Assembly (NCBI GenBank): GCA_963845205.1
Contig: CAWJRC010000004.1
Coordinates: 105,040-169,039 of the forward strand
Direction of reading: 5' to 3'
Source: an uncultured archaeon
Lineage (GTDB): Archaea > Nanobdellota > Nanobdellia > Pacearchaeales > GW2011-AR1
DNA: 64,000 nucleotides
The translations under genes and the position numbers were made by a program. Below, piece after piece: positions 28,908 to 39,235 of this stretch. The notes beneath the pieces were generated by a model, which was given only the letters and a program-made list of their open reading frames with translations, had not been told where the DNA came from and did no database searches. Every line of letters begins with the position of its first letter. The first letter of the stretch is position 1.

Positions 28908-29636
28908 ATGTTATACATTATTGGATTAGGGCTTAATGAAAGAGGAATTTCTGCCGAGGGAATTGAAGCTGCAAAGAAATGCGCAAAGGTCTATCTTGAA
29001 AATTATACTGTAAATTTTCCATATGACACAAAAAAGTTAGAAAAAATTACAGGAAAGATAATTCCTGCAGACAGAAGTTTTGTCGAGAGCGACGCATTAA
29101 TCAAAGAGTCTAAAAAAAATGATACTGCTCTTCTGGTTTACGGAAGCCCGTTAACAGCGACAACGCATATTTCTCTAATTGAAGAGGCAAAGAAAAATAA
29201 CATTAAATGCGAAATCATTTATGCTGCTTCGATATTTGATGCGATAGCAGAAACAGGACTTCAAATTTACAAATTCGGAAAAATTGCAAGCATGCCAAAG
29301 TGGGGAGCAAGCTACAAGCCCACAAGCTTCATGGAAGTTGTAAGGGACAATCAGAAAATTAATGCACACAGTTTATTATTAATTGACATCGGACTCGATC
29401 TGAAAAATGCGATTGAAGAGTTGGAAATCTCGGCAAAAAAAGAAAAGATAAAATTTGGAAAAATTGTTATTTGCTCGCAGATGGGGACACCTGATAAAAA
29501 AATAATTTATGGGGAGATAAAAAATTTAGCAAAAAAAGAAACTGCAAAACCTTACTGCATCATAATCCCCTCAAAACTTCACTTCATGGAACAGGAAGTC
29601 CTAGATAATTATTCTGCAACAAATAAAAAAATATAA
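28908..29636 (+). CDS. dph5: Diphthine synthase
   Basis: MLYIIGLGL, VYLENYT, GSPLTATTH, TGLQIYKFGK, HSLLLID. Confidence 0.94.
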   Translation: MLYIIGLGLNERGISAEGIEAAKKCAKVYLENYTVNFPYDTKKLEKITGKIIPADRSFVESDALIKESKKNDTALLVYGSPLTATTHISLIEEAKKNNIKCEIIYAASIFDAIAETGLQIYKFGKIASMPKWGASYKPTSFMEVVRDNQKINAHSLLLIDIGLDLKNAIEELEISAKKEKIKFGKIVICSQMGTPDKKIIYGEIKNLAKKETAKPYCIIIPSKLHFMEQEVLDNYSATNKKI

Positions 29637-29657
29637 AGGAAGGGATTATATTTTTAT

Positions 29658-30005
29658 ATGGAAAGAGAACTAGAAGGAATTTTGGAAGATATTCCATGGT
29701 ATGACACTAATACATTTGAGAAAATTACCAAAGGCAAGCAGACATTCAAAACAAAAACAGTCAGTTCATTAAATTTGCGCGTAGATAACGAGATTAATTA
29801 TATAGAATTCAATGCTTATGTCGGCAGGGAAATGATAGGACAGAAAGTGATTTATCATGAGAAGATTATGAAGATTGGAAATAATGGGAGGTTGTATGAT
29901 CCAAAGATTTCAGAATTGATAATCCGGCAAGAATTAACTCCCAAAGATAAAACCTTACCGACATATAGAGCGATGACAGAGCGTATAGGCATAAGCTTCG
30001 AATAG
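29658..30005 (+). CDS. Hypothetical protein
   Basis: 115 aa ORF. Confidence 0.55.
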   Translation: MERELEGILEDIPWYDTNTFEKITKGKQTFKTKTVSSLNLRVDNEINYIEFNAYVGREMIGQKVIYHEKIMKIGNNGRLYDPKISELIIRQELTPKDKTLPTYRAMTERIGISFE

Positions 30006-30021
30006 ATAAAGTTTAGAATTT

Positions 30022-30339
30022 ATGGAAAAAACAATATTTTATGATACGGTGGGGAAAAAGAACAGGAGATACCATTTTCTTAATTTTGGAAAGAAACTTC
30101 TGAAACATTTTAATGGCGCTGAATTGATTACCTGTGGTTGCCCAAATCATGCGCATATATACTCTCTTCCGCTGGAAAAAGTGGAGGTCAGATACAACTA
30201 TTATGAGCATTATATCGATGACGAAGACTGGTCCGGCCGTTATAATGGCAAGTTTCTAGATAAAGCAAGAATAATTCTTTCTGGTTCAAAGGAAAAAATA
30301 AGCGAAGTCGAGAAAATTATTTTAGACTCTCATTTCTAA
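30022..30339 (+). CDS. Hypothetical protein
   Basis: 105 aa ORF with CGCPNHAH. Confidence 0.55.
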   Translation: MEKTIFYDTVGKKNRRYHFLNFGKKLLKHFNGAELITCGCPNHAHIYSLPLEKVEVRYNYYEHYIDDEDWSGRYNGKFLDKARIILSGSKEKISEVEKIILDSHF

Positions 30340-30386
30340 AATTTTAATAAAGAATTATTTAAAAATATAAAATAACAAGTAATAAG

Positions 30387-33215
30387 ATGTACGATATAGA
30401 AGGGGAAAAGAAAATCCTGAAATTCTGGAAAGAGAAAAAAATATTTGAAAAATTGATAAAAAAGAACAAGGGCAAAAAAAGATTCAGCTTTATTGACGGC
30501 CCGATTACCGCAAATAATCCCATGGGGGTTCATCATGCATGGGGAAGGACATACAAAGATGTTTTCCAGAGGCTGAAGGCGATGCAGGGATTTGAAGAAA
30601 GATTCCAGAACGGATTTGACTGTCAGGGACTGTGGGTTGAAAGAGAAGAAGAAAAAGATCTTGGACTGAAAGACAAAAAAGACATTGAAAAATTCGGAAT
30701 ATTAAATTTTGTCAATGCCTGCAGAAAAAGGGTTGAAAAATTTTCCAAGATACAGACAGAACAGTCAGTAAGACTTGGAATGTGGATGGACTGGGAAAAT
30801 TCTTATTACACTATGACAGACAATAATAATCTTCATAACTGGTTCCTGATCAAAACATACCATGACAAAGGATGGCTCTACAAAGGAAAGGATATTGTTC
30901 CGTGGTGCTGGAGATGCGGAACCGCAAGCTCAAAGCATGACATTGTTACAGAAGGTTACAAAGAAGTAACACATCGGGCATTATTCATGAGATTTCCTGT
31001 TAAAGGAAAAAAGAATGAATTCTTTTTAATTTTCACGACAACTCCCTGGACTGTCCCGGCAAATGTCGCAATTGCGGTAAACAAAGATATAATATATGTC
31101 AAGGCAGAGCAGGAAGGCAAATATTACTGGCTTGCTGAAAAAAGACTGAATGAATTAAACGGGGATTACAAAATCATCGAGAAGAAAAAGGGAAAAGAGC
31201 TTGAAGGAATCGAATATGAAATGCCCTACAAAAATTTTCCAGAGCAAAAAAAATCACAGCATAAAGTTGTTCTTTGGGAACTGGCCTCTGAAGAAGAAGG
31301 AACAGGAATTGTGCACATTGCTCCCGGATGCGGTGCAGAAGATTATGAATTAGGAAAAAAATTAAAATTAAATGTAATCTCCCCCCTTGATGAAGCAGGA
31401 ATTTATTCTGAAGGATTCGGGGAATTCAGCGGAAAGAAATATTCTGAAGTAAACAAAGAAATTTTAGCTGATTTAGAAAAAAAAGGTTTCGCATACAAAG
31501 TAGTCCCTTACAAGCACAGGTATCCGCACTGCTGGAGATGCGGAGAGGAACTTGTTTTCAGATTAGTCAGCGAATGGTACATTAAATGCGATGAGATGAG
31601 AAAGAAACTTATTGAAGAAAACAGAAAAGTAAAATGGTATCCTGAATACGGAAAAGTCAGGCAGGAAGAATGGTTCAAGAACATGGGGGACTGGCTTATA
31701 TCAAGGGAAAGATACTGGGGACTTCCGCTGCCTATATGGGAATGCAAATGCGGAGAGATTTTTGTCGCGGGAAACATGAAAGAATTAAGGGAAAGGGCAG
31801 CCGACAAAAAGAAAGTTGACAATCTTAAAGAAATCCACAGGCCGTGGATAGACGGAATAAAAATAAAATGCCAAAAATGCGGAAAAGAAGCTGAGAGAAT
31901 CAAGGATGTTGGTGATGCGTGGCTCGACGCTGGAATTGTTCCATTTTCAACTTTGAATTATTTAACAGATAGAGAATACTGGAAAAAATGGTTCCCTGCA
32001 GACTTAATTTCAGAGAGCATGCCCGGACAGTCGAGAGGATGGTTCAATGCCCTGATGTGGGCGAGCGTTGCAATAACAGGGAAAGCTCCTTACAAATCCC
32101 TTTTAGGATATGAAACTCTTAAAGACGAAAAAGGAAATGAGATGCACAAAAGCAAAGGAAATGCTATCTGGTTTGACGAAGCTGTTGAAAAAATCGGGGC
32201 AGATCCTATGAGGCTGCTTTACTGCCTGCAAGATCCAAGCCAGGAGTTAAGATTCGGATTCAATGTTGTAAAAGAGCCGACAAACAATCTTACAATTTTC
32301 TACAACATAAGCAAACTTGTAGAGAAATCAAAGGGAACAAAGAAACTCAATATCGAAGACAAATGGATAATCAGCAAACTTAATTCCCTGATTAAGACAA
32401 TGACAGAAGAACTGGACAATCTGCATCTTTATGTAGCTGCAAGAGCTCTCCAGAATTTCTGGGCCAATGACTTAAGCAGGGGATATATCCAATTTGTAAG
32501 AGACAGACTTGCTGAAAATGATGAAGCCGCAAAAGGCACACTTAATGAAGTTTATCTTACACTGTTGAAACTTGCTTCTCCGATAATTCCGTTCACTACA
32601 GAAAAAATCTGGCAGGAATTAAAAGAGAAAAAAATTGTGAATGAAGAGTCTGTTCATTTATCTAACTGGCCAAAAATAAATAATAAAAAAATTGATGACA
32701 AACTTGAGCAGGAATTCCAGAATGCAATGAAAATAATTGAAATGGGATTAGCAGAAAGAGATAAAATTCAGATCGGACTTAAATGGCCTCTTGCAAAGAT
32801 TACAATTTCAACAGATAAAAAATTAGGAAAAGAAATTCTGGAGATTGTTTCAAGGCAGCTGAATGTCAAGAAAGCTGAAATCAAAAATTCAAAGGAGATG
32901 GAAGCTCTTTTTGATACAAAAATGACTCCTGAACTTGAAGCAGAAGGCTATGCAAGAGAAATATCAAGGCAGGTGCAGGCATTCAGAAAAGAACTTGGAC
33001 TGAAAAAAACAGACAATATTGAGCTTGCAATATTCTGCGATGACGAACTTAGAAAAATGCTTGAAATGCAGAAAAAATTTGTAGCAGACAGGACGAACTC
33101 GACGGAGATTGAGCTTTTTTCCCAAAATGTTACAACTGACAAGGAAAGATTTAAAAAGAATATTGAGTTTAAAATTAAAGATAAAAGAGGAAAGATAGGA
33201 ATTATAAAAAAATAG
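30387..33215 (+). CDS. ileS: Isoleucine-tRNA ligase (type 2-like, GVHH signature)
   Basis: DGPITAN-NPMGVHH, FTTTPWT, GTGIVHIAPG, DWLISRERYWG, EMHKSKGN, C-terminal EGYAREI. Confidence 0.95.
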   Translation: MYDIEGEKKILKFWKEKKIFEKLIKKNKGKKRFSFIDGPITANNPMGVHHAWGRTYKDVFQRLKAMQGFEERFQNGFDCQGLWVEREEEKDLGLKDKKDIEKFGILNFVNACRKRVEKFSKIQTEQSVRLGMWMDWENSYYTMTDNNNLHNWFLIKTYHDKGWLYKGKDIVPWCWRCGTASSKHDIVTEGYKEVTHRALFMRFPVKGKKNEFFLIFTTTPWTVPANVAIAVNKDIIYVKAEQEGKYYWLAEKRLNELNGDYKIIEKKKGKELEGIEYEMPYKNFPEQKKSQHKVVLWELASEEEGTGIVHIAPGCGAEDYELGKKLKLNVISPLDEAGIYSEGFGEFSGKKYSEVNKEILADLEKKGFAYKVVPYKHRYPHCWRCGEELVFRLVSEWYIKCDEMRKKLIEENRKVKWYPEYGKVRQEEWFKNMGDWLISRERYWGLPLPIWECKCGEIFVAGNMKELRERAADKKKVDNLKEIHRPWIDGIKIKCQKCGKEAERIKDVGDAWLDAGIVPFSTLNYLTDREYWKKWFPADLISESMPGQSRGWFNALMWASVAITGKAPYKSLLGYETLKDEKGNEMHKSKGNAIWFDEAVEKIGADPMRLLYCLQDPSQELRFGFNVVKEPTNNLTIFYNISKLVEKSKGTKKLNIEDKWIISKLNSLIKTMTEELDNLHLYVAARALQNFWANDLSRGYIQFVRDRLAENDEAAKGTLNEVYLTLLKLASPIIPFTTEKIWQELKEKKIVNEESVHLSNWPKINNKKIDDKLEQEFQNAMKIIEMGLAERDKIQIGLKWPLAKITISTDKKLGKEILEIVSRQLNVKKAEIKNSKEMEALFDTKMTPELEAEGYAREISRQVQAFRKELGLKKTDNIELAIFCDDELRKMLEMQKKFVADRTNSTEIELFSQNVTTDKERFKKNIEFKIKDKRGKIGIIKK

Positions 33216-33291
33216 TTCCTCGTCAATGATACAAAAGATTTACTCTTTTAGCATAACAATATTTAAAAATAAAAAATAACAAGGAAATACA

Positions 33292-34098
33292 ATGATAGTT
33301 AAGGACGAATTTTTAAGCAGACTAAGAAAAATTTTTGATTTGAACTTATATGAAGTCAAGGTCTGGACTGCTTTGCTCTCAAGAGGAACAAGCACTGCAG
33401 GGGAGTTAAGCAATATTTCTGATGTTCCAAGAAGCAGAACCTATGATATTCTTGAATCTTTGGAGAAAAAAGGATTTATACTAATGAAATTGGGAAAGCC
33501 GATTAAATTCGTCGCATTAAAACCAGAAGAAGTTGTCGAGAGGGTAAAGAAAAACCTTGTAAAGTATGCAAAAGAAAGAACAGAAAGACTTGAGAATCTG
33601 AGAAATGACGAGGTTCTTGGAGAATTAAATGATCTATTCACAAAGGGAATAAAGTTTGTTGAGCCATCTGACTTGTCAGGAAGCTTGAGGGGAAGACAAA
33701 ATCTATACAATCATATTGACATGATGATAAGAGGAGCAGAAAGGAATATTACAATAGTCACAACAAGAGAAGGACTTAACAGAAAATTCGAAGCGCTTAT
33801 GCCCACTCTTGAAAAATGCAAGAAGAGAGGAGTCAAGATAAGAATCGCTGCTCCGATTGACAACAGCAACATAAAAGTAGCAAAAGAATTCAAAAAAGTT
33901 GCGGACGTGAAAAATGTTGACGGATTAAAAGCAAGATTTGTTATTGTAGACTCTAATCAATTGATGTTCATGCTTCTTGACGACGAGAAATTCCATCCGA
34001 ATTACGATGTCGGAATCTGGGTCAATACAGAATTCTTTGCCCAGGCACTGGAACAGATTTTCGAAATTGCATGGAAAGAAATGAAGGCAGTCAAATAG
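33292..34098 (+). CDS. TrmB-family transcriptional regulator
   Basis: LNLYEVKVWTALL...SDVPRSRTYDILESLEKKG HTH plus PLD-like C-domain. Confidence 0.92.
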   Translation: MIVKDEFLSRLRKIFDLNLYEVKVWTALLSRGTSTAGELSNISDVPRSRTYDILESLEKKGFILMKLGKPIKFVALKPEEVVERVKKNLVKYAKERTERLENLRNDEVLGELNDLFTKGIKFVEPSDLSGSLRGRQNLYNHIDMMIRGAERNITIVTTREGLNRKFEALMPTLEKCKKRGVKIRIAAPIDNSNIKVAKEFKKVADVKNVDGLKARFVIVDSNQLMFMLLDDEKFHPNYDVGIWVNTEFFAQALEQIFEIAWKEMKAVK

Positions 34099-34114
34099 TT
34101 CTATATTTTATTTT

Positions 34115-34432
34115 TTGACAATTTTTATAAAGGAAAATCAGGTATATTTTTTTATGGATATAGAGTTACTAACAACTTCTGCAGGAGATTATGCAGAATC
34201 AAAAGGAAGGAGATTGAGCGATTATCAGATGATAGGACTGCAATGCAAAGGACTTGATAAAGAAGGCGCAGAATTCTGGATTAGACATGAGGCATTTATG
34301 AAGAGATGTTCGGCAGTTGTTGATTTGAGATATTCAGTTAAGCCCGGAAGGGAAGCAAGTTTCTGGAATATTTTTGACATGGGGGAATACGCTGAATATA
34401 TCATATCCGGCACAGGATTAAAATTGAAATAA
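34115..34432 (+). CDS. Hypothetical protein (probable ATG at 34154)
   Basis: ORF; the TTG start overlaps the likely TATA box. Confidence 0.55.
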   Translation: MTIFIKENQVYFFMDIELLTTSAGDYAESKGRRLSDYQMIGLQCKGLDKEGAEFWIRHEAFMKRCSAVVDLRYSVKPGREASFWNIFDMGEYAEYIISGTGLKLK

Positions 34433-34443
34433 AAAATACTTCT

Positions 34444-34884
34444 ATGAATAAGCTACAAAAATTTTTGGGTATTGGAGTTCTTGCATTAGGATTAGCAGGA
34501 TGCAAAGAACAAACAATAGACTATGAATATTCCAATATAAAACATGAAAGAGCAGTTGTAACTTATAAAAATGAAAGCAGGGGATTGAGGTGGATAGGAA
34601 GAATGAGTTATCTTTATGAAAGATATGAAATCACTTTTAAAGGAAAAATAGAATTTGAATTAGAAGATGAAGAAATGTATGGCAAATTTAATTCAAACGA
34701 CATAGCTGATGTCAGCTACAGGGAAGTTTACACTTCATTATCAACTTATGACGACACGAATAACAGTGGAACAAATTGTCTAATTGAAAAAAAATTTGTG
34801 GACAGCAATTCTGAATTCACTGAAAAGAAATGCGTATCCGGTTACGATTTTGTTGACGCCCGGCTAATAAGAAAAAGCAGATAA
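34444..34884 (+). CDS. Hypothetical lipoprotein-like protein
   Basis: LALGLAGC lipobox; beta-rich body. Confidence 0.65.
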   Translation: MNKLQKFLGIGVLALGLAGCKEQTIDYEYSNIKHERAVVTYKNESRGLRWIGRMSYLYERYEITFKGKIEFELEDEEMYGKFNSNDIADVSYREVYTSLSTYDDTNNSGTNCLIEKKFVDSNSEFTEKKCVSGYDFVDARLIRKSR

Positions 34885-36573
34885 TTACATTTCTTCCATT
34901 ACTTCTATTCCCAAAAGATAAAGAGAATTTTTTACTGTTGTTCTGAAAGCATTTACTAACATAAGCCTGAATGCTTCTGACTTGTCGCCGATCACAGGGC
35001 ATGAATGATAAAATTCATTAAATTTCTGAGCGAGATCGAAAGAATAATTTGCAATCAATGCAGGATTCAGATCTTTCTGTGCAGTTTCAACAACTTCCGG
35101 AAATTCTGAAATTTTTTTAACCAAGGCATTTTCATTCGGGGTTAAATCCTGAATCTTTATTTTTGACTTGTTGAATTTCCCTGCCTTTGCTATTATAGAA
35201 GAAGCTCTCGCATAACTGTACTGAATGTACGGGCCAGAATCTCCTTCGAAATTCAGAGCCTGCTCCCATGAGAAATTAACGTCTGCCGAAGGAGCAGATT
35301 TTAATACAATATATTTCACTGCGCCGACACCTACTTTTTCCGCGTCGCCTTTTGTTTTCCTCTTTTTTATTTCCTCTCCTGCCTTTGAAATTGTTTTCTG
35401 AAGAACATCTTCAAGAAGGATAATATCTCCTGTTCTAGTAGCCATTATTTCATTCCCAAACTTTATTGTCCCGAACGGAAGATGAACCAGCTTATCTGAA
35501 AAATCATAGCCAAACAATTTTAAAATTTTAAACAGCCAGCTGAAATGATCGTTCTGCCTGAAATCTGTTACATAGATCATCTCGTCAAAATTATATTTTT
35601 TATACCTCTCAATTGCAGCTCCTATATCATATGTTATGTAGGATGCTGTCCTGTTGGAGCGGAGTATAAATTTTTTTTCTCCGTTTATCTCAACATAGAT
35701 TGCTTCATGTTCTGATTTGGCAATTTTTTTGAAAAGAGCATTAAGAACTATCTGCTTTCCTTTTTCCGCAAACTCGCTCTGACCTACGGTTTCATTGAAA
35801 TTCACTCCGAGCAATTCATAAACTTTATCAAAGCCTTTTCCTGAAGCCTCTCTTATGTCATTCCAGATTTTTTCTGTCTTCTTGTCCCCCATTTCCAGAA
35901 GCTTCAGCTTTTCTTTTGCGCGCTTTGTCCATTCATTGTCCTGAAATTCCTCTTCCATTCCTTCTGTAATCTCTGACTTTTCTTTTTCGCAGAATTTGAC
36001 ATACAATCTTAATAATTCCTGAACGGGATCTTTTGCAAGAGCTTTTTTGTCAAGCCATAAGTCATATGCAACGATCAGTTTTCCTATATGCAAGCCGATA
36101 TCACCCAGATAGTTTATGCCTGTTGTTTTGTACCCGAGAAAATCATAAATCCTCATCATAGAATCCCCCAGAATTGTAGAGCGGATATGCCCTATGTGCA
36201 TCGGCTTTCCGATGTTCGGCCCTGAGAAGTCAATTACAACTTTTTTCCCCTTTCCCACAGGAGATTTTCCGAAATTCGCATTTATCTTTATCATCTTTGC
36301 GGCAAGGATTTTTTTGTTTACGAAAAAATTCAGGTAAGGCCCTTTGCTTTCAACTTTTTCTATCTCTTCCGGAAGTTTTATTTTCTGCGCAAGATGCTCT
36401 GCAATCTTGTCAGGAGATTTTTTTTCTTTTTTTGAAAGAATAAAACACGGAAAGGCATAATCGCCCAATTCCTGCGATGGGGGGACTTCAAGAAGTTTTT
36501 CTATCTCCTCATTTTTTAATTTTATTCCCTCTTCCTGCAGAATCTTGATTATTACCTCTTTCATAAAAGTCAT
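34885..36573 (-). CDS. argS: Arginine-tRNA ligase
   Basis: FSGPNIGKPMHIGHIRS, MATRTG, FEGDSGPYIQYSYAR. Confidence 0.97.
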   Translation of the reverse strand: MTFMKEVIIKILQEEGIKLKNEEIEKLLEVPPSQELGDYAFPCFILSKKEKKSPDKIAEHLAQKIKLPEEIEKVESKGPYLNFFVNKKILAAKMIKINANFGKSPVGKGKKVVIDFSGPNIGKPMHIGHIRSTILGDSMMRIYDFLGYKTTGINYLGDIGLHIGKLIVAYDLWLDKKALAKDPVQELLRLYVKFCEKEKSEITEGMEEEFQDNEWTKRAKEKLKLLEMGDKKTEKIWNDIREASGKGFDKVYELLGVNFNETVGQSEFAEKGKQIVLNALFKKIAKSEHEAIYVEINGEKKFILRSNRTASYITYDIGAAIERYKKYNFDEMIYVTDFRQNDHFSWLFKILKLFGYDFSDKLVHLPFGTIKFGNEIMATRTGDIILLEDVLQKTISKAGEEIKKRKTKGDAEKVGVGAVKYIVLKSAPSADVNFSWEQALNFEGDSGPYIQYSYARASSIIAKAGKFNKSKIKIQDLTPNENALVKKISEFPEVVETAQKDLNPALIANYSFDLAQKFNEFYHSCPVIGDKSEAFRLMLVNAFRTTVKNSLYLLGIEVMEEM

Positions 36574-36636
36574 AATGAATATTCATTTTTATATCTTTTT
36601 CATAAAAAATATAAAGCATGTTTTTCATAATATATA

Positions 36637-37542
36637 ATGGAAAAAGGGGGGAATATCTACGATGTTGTTATCGTGGGAGCAGGGCCTGCGGGGCTGACAG
36701 CTGCTCTTTATGCGATACGGGCAGGAATCAAAACACTTCTTATTTCAAGGAATCTCGGCGGCACCGCAAATTCAATTGTTAATCTTGAAAACTGGCCAGG
36801 CTACAAGGGCACTGGAATCGATCTGATGAAAAGCTTTTACGAGCAGCTAAAGGCATATCCCATAGAAGTTATTCTCGACGACATCAAGAGCATCGAGAGA
36901 AGGGGAAAAATATTTTCAGTAAAAACTCCTGATAAAGAAATACTTACAAAGACGGTAATTCTTGCAACAGGAATCAAAAGAGCAGACCTGAAAATTCCGG
37001 GCGAAGAAAGATTGATGGGAAGAGGAGTCAGCTACTGCGTTACATGCGATGCATTTTTTTTCAAGGGGAAAACCGTAGCGTTTGTTGTTAAAGAAGATTC
37101 AAAACCCGAAGACATCATAACGCTGGCAAATACAGCGCAGAAGGTTTATGTCCTCTGCAACAGGAAAATAAGATTCGAGAATGAAATTAAAAATCTTATC
37201 AGGGACGGAAGAGTGGAAGTTATTTACGGACTTGCTCAGGAAATTATAGGAGAGGACAAAGTTGAAAGGCTGAGGATAAAAGATCCGAAAGGAGACAGGG
37301 AACTCGAAATTGACGGCATTTTCATTGAAATAGGATCAACTCCGCTTACAGAATACGCAAAAAAAATGGGGCTTAAACTTGACAAAGAAAAATTTATTAT
37401 GGTTAACAGGAACACAGAAACTTCTGTTAGGGGAATTTTTGCAGCAGGCGATGTTACAGATGTAAAACTGAGACAGGTCCTTACTGCTTCTGCGCAGGGG
37501 GCAATTGCAGCCAAGATGTCAGAGAATTTTGTAGGGAAATAA
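36637..37542 (+). CDS. trxB: Thioredoxin reductase-like flavoprotein
   Basis: GAGPAG, GRGVSYCVTCD, GIFAAGDVT; NADPH-binding glycine motif absent. Confidence 0.88.
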   Translation: MEKGGNIYDVVIVGAGPAGLTAALYAIRAGIKTLLISRNLGGTANSIVNLENWPGYKGTGIDLMKSFYEQLKAYPIEVILDDIKSIERRGKIFSVKTPDKEILTKTVILATGIKRADLKIPGEERLMGRGVSYCVTCDAFFFKGKTVAFVVKEDSKPEDIITLANTAQKVYVLCNRKIRFENEIKNLIRDGRVEVIYGLAQEIIGEDKVERLRIKDPKGDRELEIDGIFIEIGSTPLTEYAKKMGLKLDKEKFIMVNRNTETSVRGIFAAGDVTDVKLRQVLTASAQGAIAAKMSENFVGK

Positions 37543-37581
37543 TGCCAGAAAGTTTAAAAATAAAAATATTCTAAACATTTT

Positions 37582-37974
37582 ATGAGCCTGAAAAAAATAG
37601 TTAAAAGGGCAGGTTTGATATTAACTGGCGGAGCAATTACGTTAGGAGTATTGGGGTTTCTTAAAGGATATGATACATACACAATAACTTATGGAAGGGA
37701 AATTGATAAAGTAACGCGAACAATGGGAGTTCTGAATTACAAGGAGAAATATAATCTGGCTTTAGTCGATATAACCTGCGGAAATATTATTGCAACAAAC
37801 GATGAAAAACTTTTTAAGAAGTCGCTGGAAATATCCCCCTATGAAAAAAGGGGAGGAAGTCCATTTGGTTTGGTAAAGGGAACAATCAGGGAGATGGAAT
37901 ATTATACTGTAAAAGATAAAAAAGAAGAAGTAATAAAAAAAGAATGGGAAATTGTAGATATTACTAATCTTTAA
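37582..37974 (+). CDS. Hypothetical protein with N-terminal TM
   Basis: 130 aa ORF. Confidence 0.6.
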   Translation: MSLKKIVKRAGLILTGGAITLGVLGFLKGYDTYTITYGREIDKVTRTMGVLNYKEKYNLALVDITCGNIIATNDEKLFKKSLEISPYEKRGGSPFGLVKGTIREMEYYTVKDKKEEVIKKEWEIVDITNL

Positions 37975-38019
37975 ATCTTTAACACAAACAATTATTAACC
38001 TTATTTTTCTAAAAAGACG

Positions 38020-38256
38020 ATGGTAGAAATAAAAAAAGACAAACTTGAAGATGCGCTAAAAAATGAAAATTCAGAACAGCTAAAGGTAAGCAAAGACGCT
38101 GAAATCGGATTTCATCAGGGAGCGTTGAACACTCTTATGAATGAGAGGAATGAAATGATAAGGATGATTGCGCAGATAGAACATGTCATGCAGATGCATA
38201 TCAAAAGGCTCGAAGAGCTTGGCGTCAATATAAAAGTTTCCGACAAAAAAGAATAA
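38020..38256 (+). CDS. Small coiled-coil hypothetical protein
   Basis: EIGFHQGALNTLMNERNEM...HIKRLEELG. Confidence 0.7.
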   Translation: MVEIKKDKLEDALKNENSEQLKVSKDAEIGFHQGALNTLMNERNEMIRMIAQIEHVMQMHIKRLEELGVNIKVSDKKE

Positions 38257-39090
38257 TTCTAAAACAGATGATTCAAGAAAGTTTTATAAAATAATTTCAA
38301 TTTTGATAATTATGCCAAATATCAAAAATAAAGAATATGAAAAGGATGGTGCATTCATGCATTTCTTAACTCAGACAGATCAAAAAGAAGTAAGCACAAA
38401 TTATATTTTATCGAAACTTAAACAAAAATTTAATTTCAAAGATTATGATAAGTTTATTTTTACGGATATAGGAGCAGGGGAAGGCACATTAACTCTTCCG
38501 ATAATTAAGTTTTTAAAAAATAAGGTTGCGCTTACTACATATTGTATTGAACCATCGGAATTGATGGATGTATTGAAAATGAAATGCGGACCAAAAGTAA
38601 TTTATATAAAAAATGGGATGGAAGAAACTACTCTTCCTAACTCCGATTTTATCCTGATGGCACATTCAAGCAATTACATTAAGAATAAACCTGAATTTGC
38701 AAAGAGGCTGTATAGTTCTTTGAATAAAGGAGGAAAGATATTGATTATTGGAACAAAGTCTGATAGTGATGATATGAAGTTAAGAAGAGGATTGAGGTCC
38801 AGTGAAGAAAAGAAAAAAAGAGAAAGTATTTATGACCTTTTTGAAAAGTTAGGCCTAAAGGTAAGTGTTGAATTTGAGAAATCCACAATAAATCTTGAAA
38901 GCACACTAAAACCCAATGAAGTAGGAAAAGGGATTATATCTTTTTATTACCATATACCTTTCTCAGAATTAAAAAAAGCAGACATAGAAAAATTCCATCT
39001 AATCGCAAAAAAACTTGCACCAGACAATGTTCTTATTAAATATCTAAAATTTACTTGGGTCGAAAAGGATTGAAAAGAATAATTCTAAAA
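38247..39090. mobile_element. Single-gene cassette bounded by 18-bp direct repeats
   Basis: AAAAGAATAATTCTAAAA at 38247-38264 and 39073-39090. Confidence 0.55.
38303..39073 (+). CDS. Class I SAM-dependent methyltransferase (probable ATG at 38312)
   Basis: DIGAGEG, CIEPS, DFILMAHS, LNKGGKILI. Confidence 0.88.
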   Translation: MIIMPNIKNKEYEKDGAFMHFLTQTDQKEVSTNYILSKLKQKFNFKDYDKFIFTDIGAGEGTLTLPIIKFLKNKVALTTYCIEPSELMDVLKMKCGPKVIYIKNGMEETTLPNSDFILMAHSSNYIKNKPEFAKRLYSSLNKGGKILIIGTKSDSDDMKLRRGLRSSEEKKKRESIYDLFEKLGLKVSVEFEKSTINLESTLKPNEVGKGIISFYYHIPFSELKKADIEKFHLIAKKLAPDNVLIKYLKFTWVEKD

Positions 39091-39122
39091 TAATATAAAT
39101 TGAAGATATTTCAAAAATAAAT

Positions 39123-39195
39123 GCCTCAGTAGCTCAGTTGGCAGAGCGTTGCTTTCGTAAAGCAAAGGTCGGGGGTTCAATCCCCTCCTGAGGCT
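39123..39195 (+). tRNA. tRNA-Thr(CGT)
   Basis: GCCTCAG/CTGAGGC acceptor; TTGCT-TTCGTAA-AGCAA anticodon arm. Confidence 0.96.
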
Positions 39196-39235
39196 TTTTA
39201 AAAAATTTTAAATAGTTTGGTCCCCTTGAATATAT

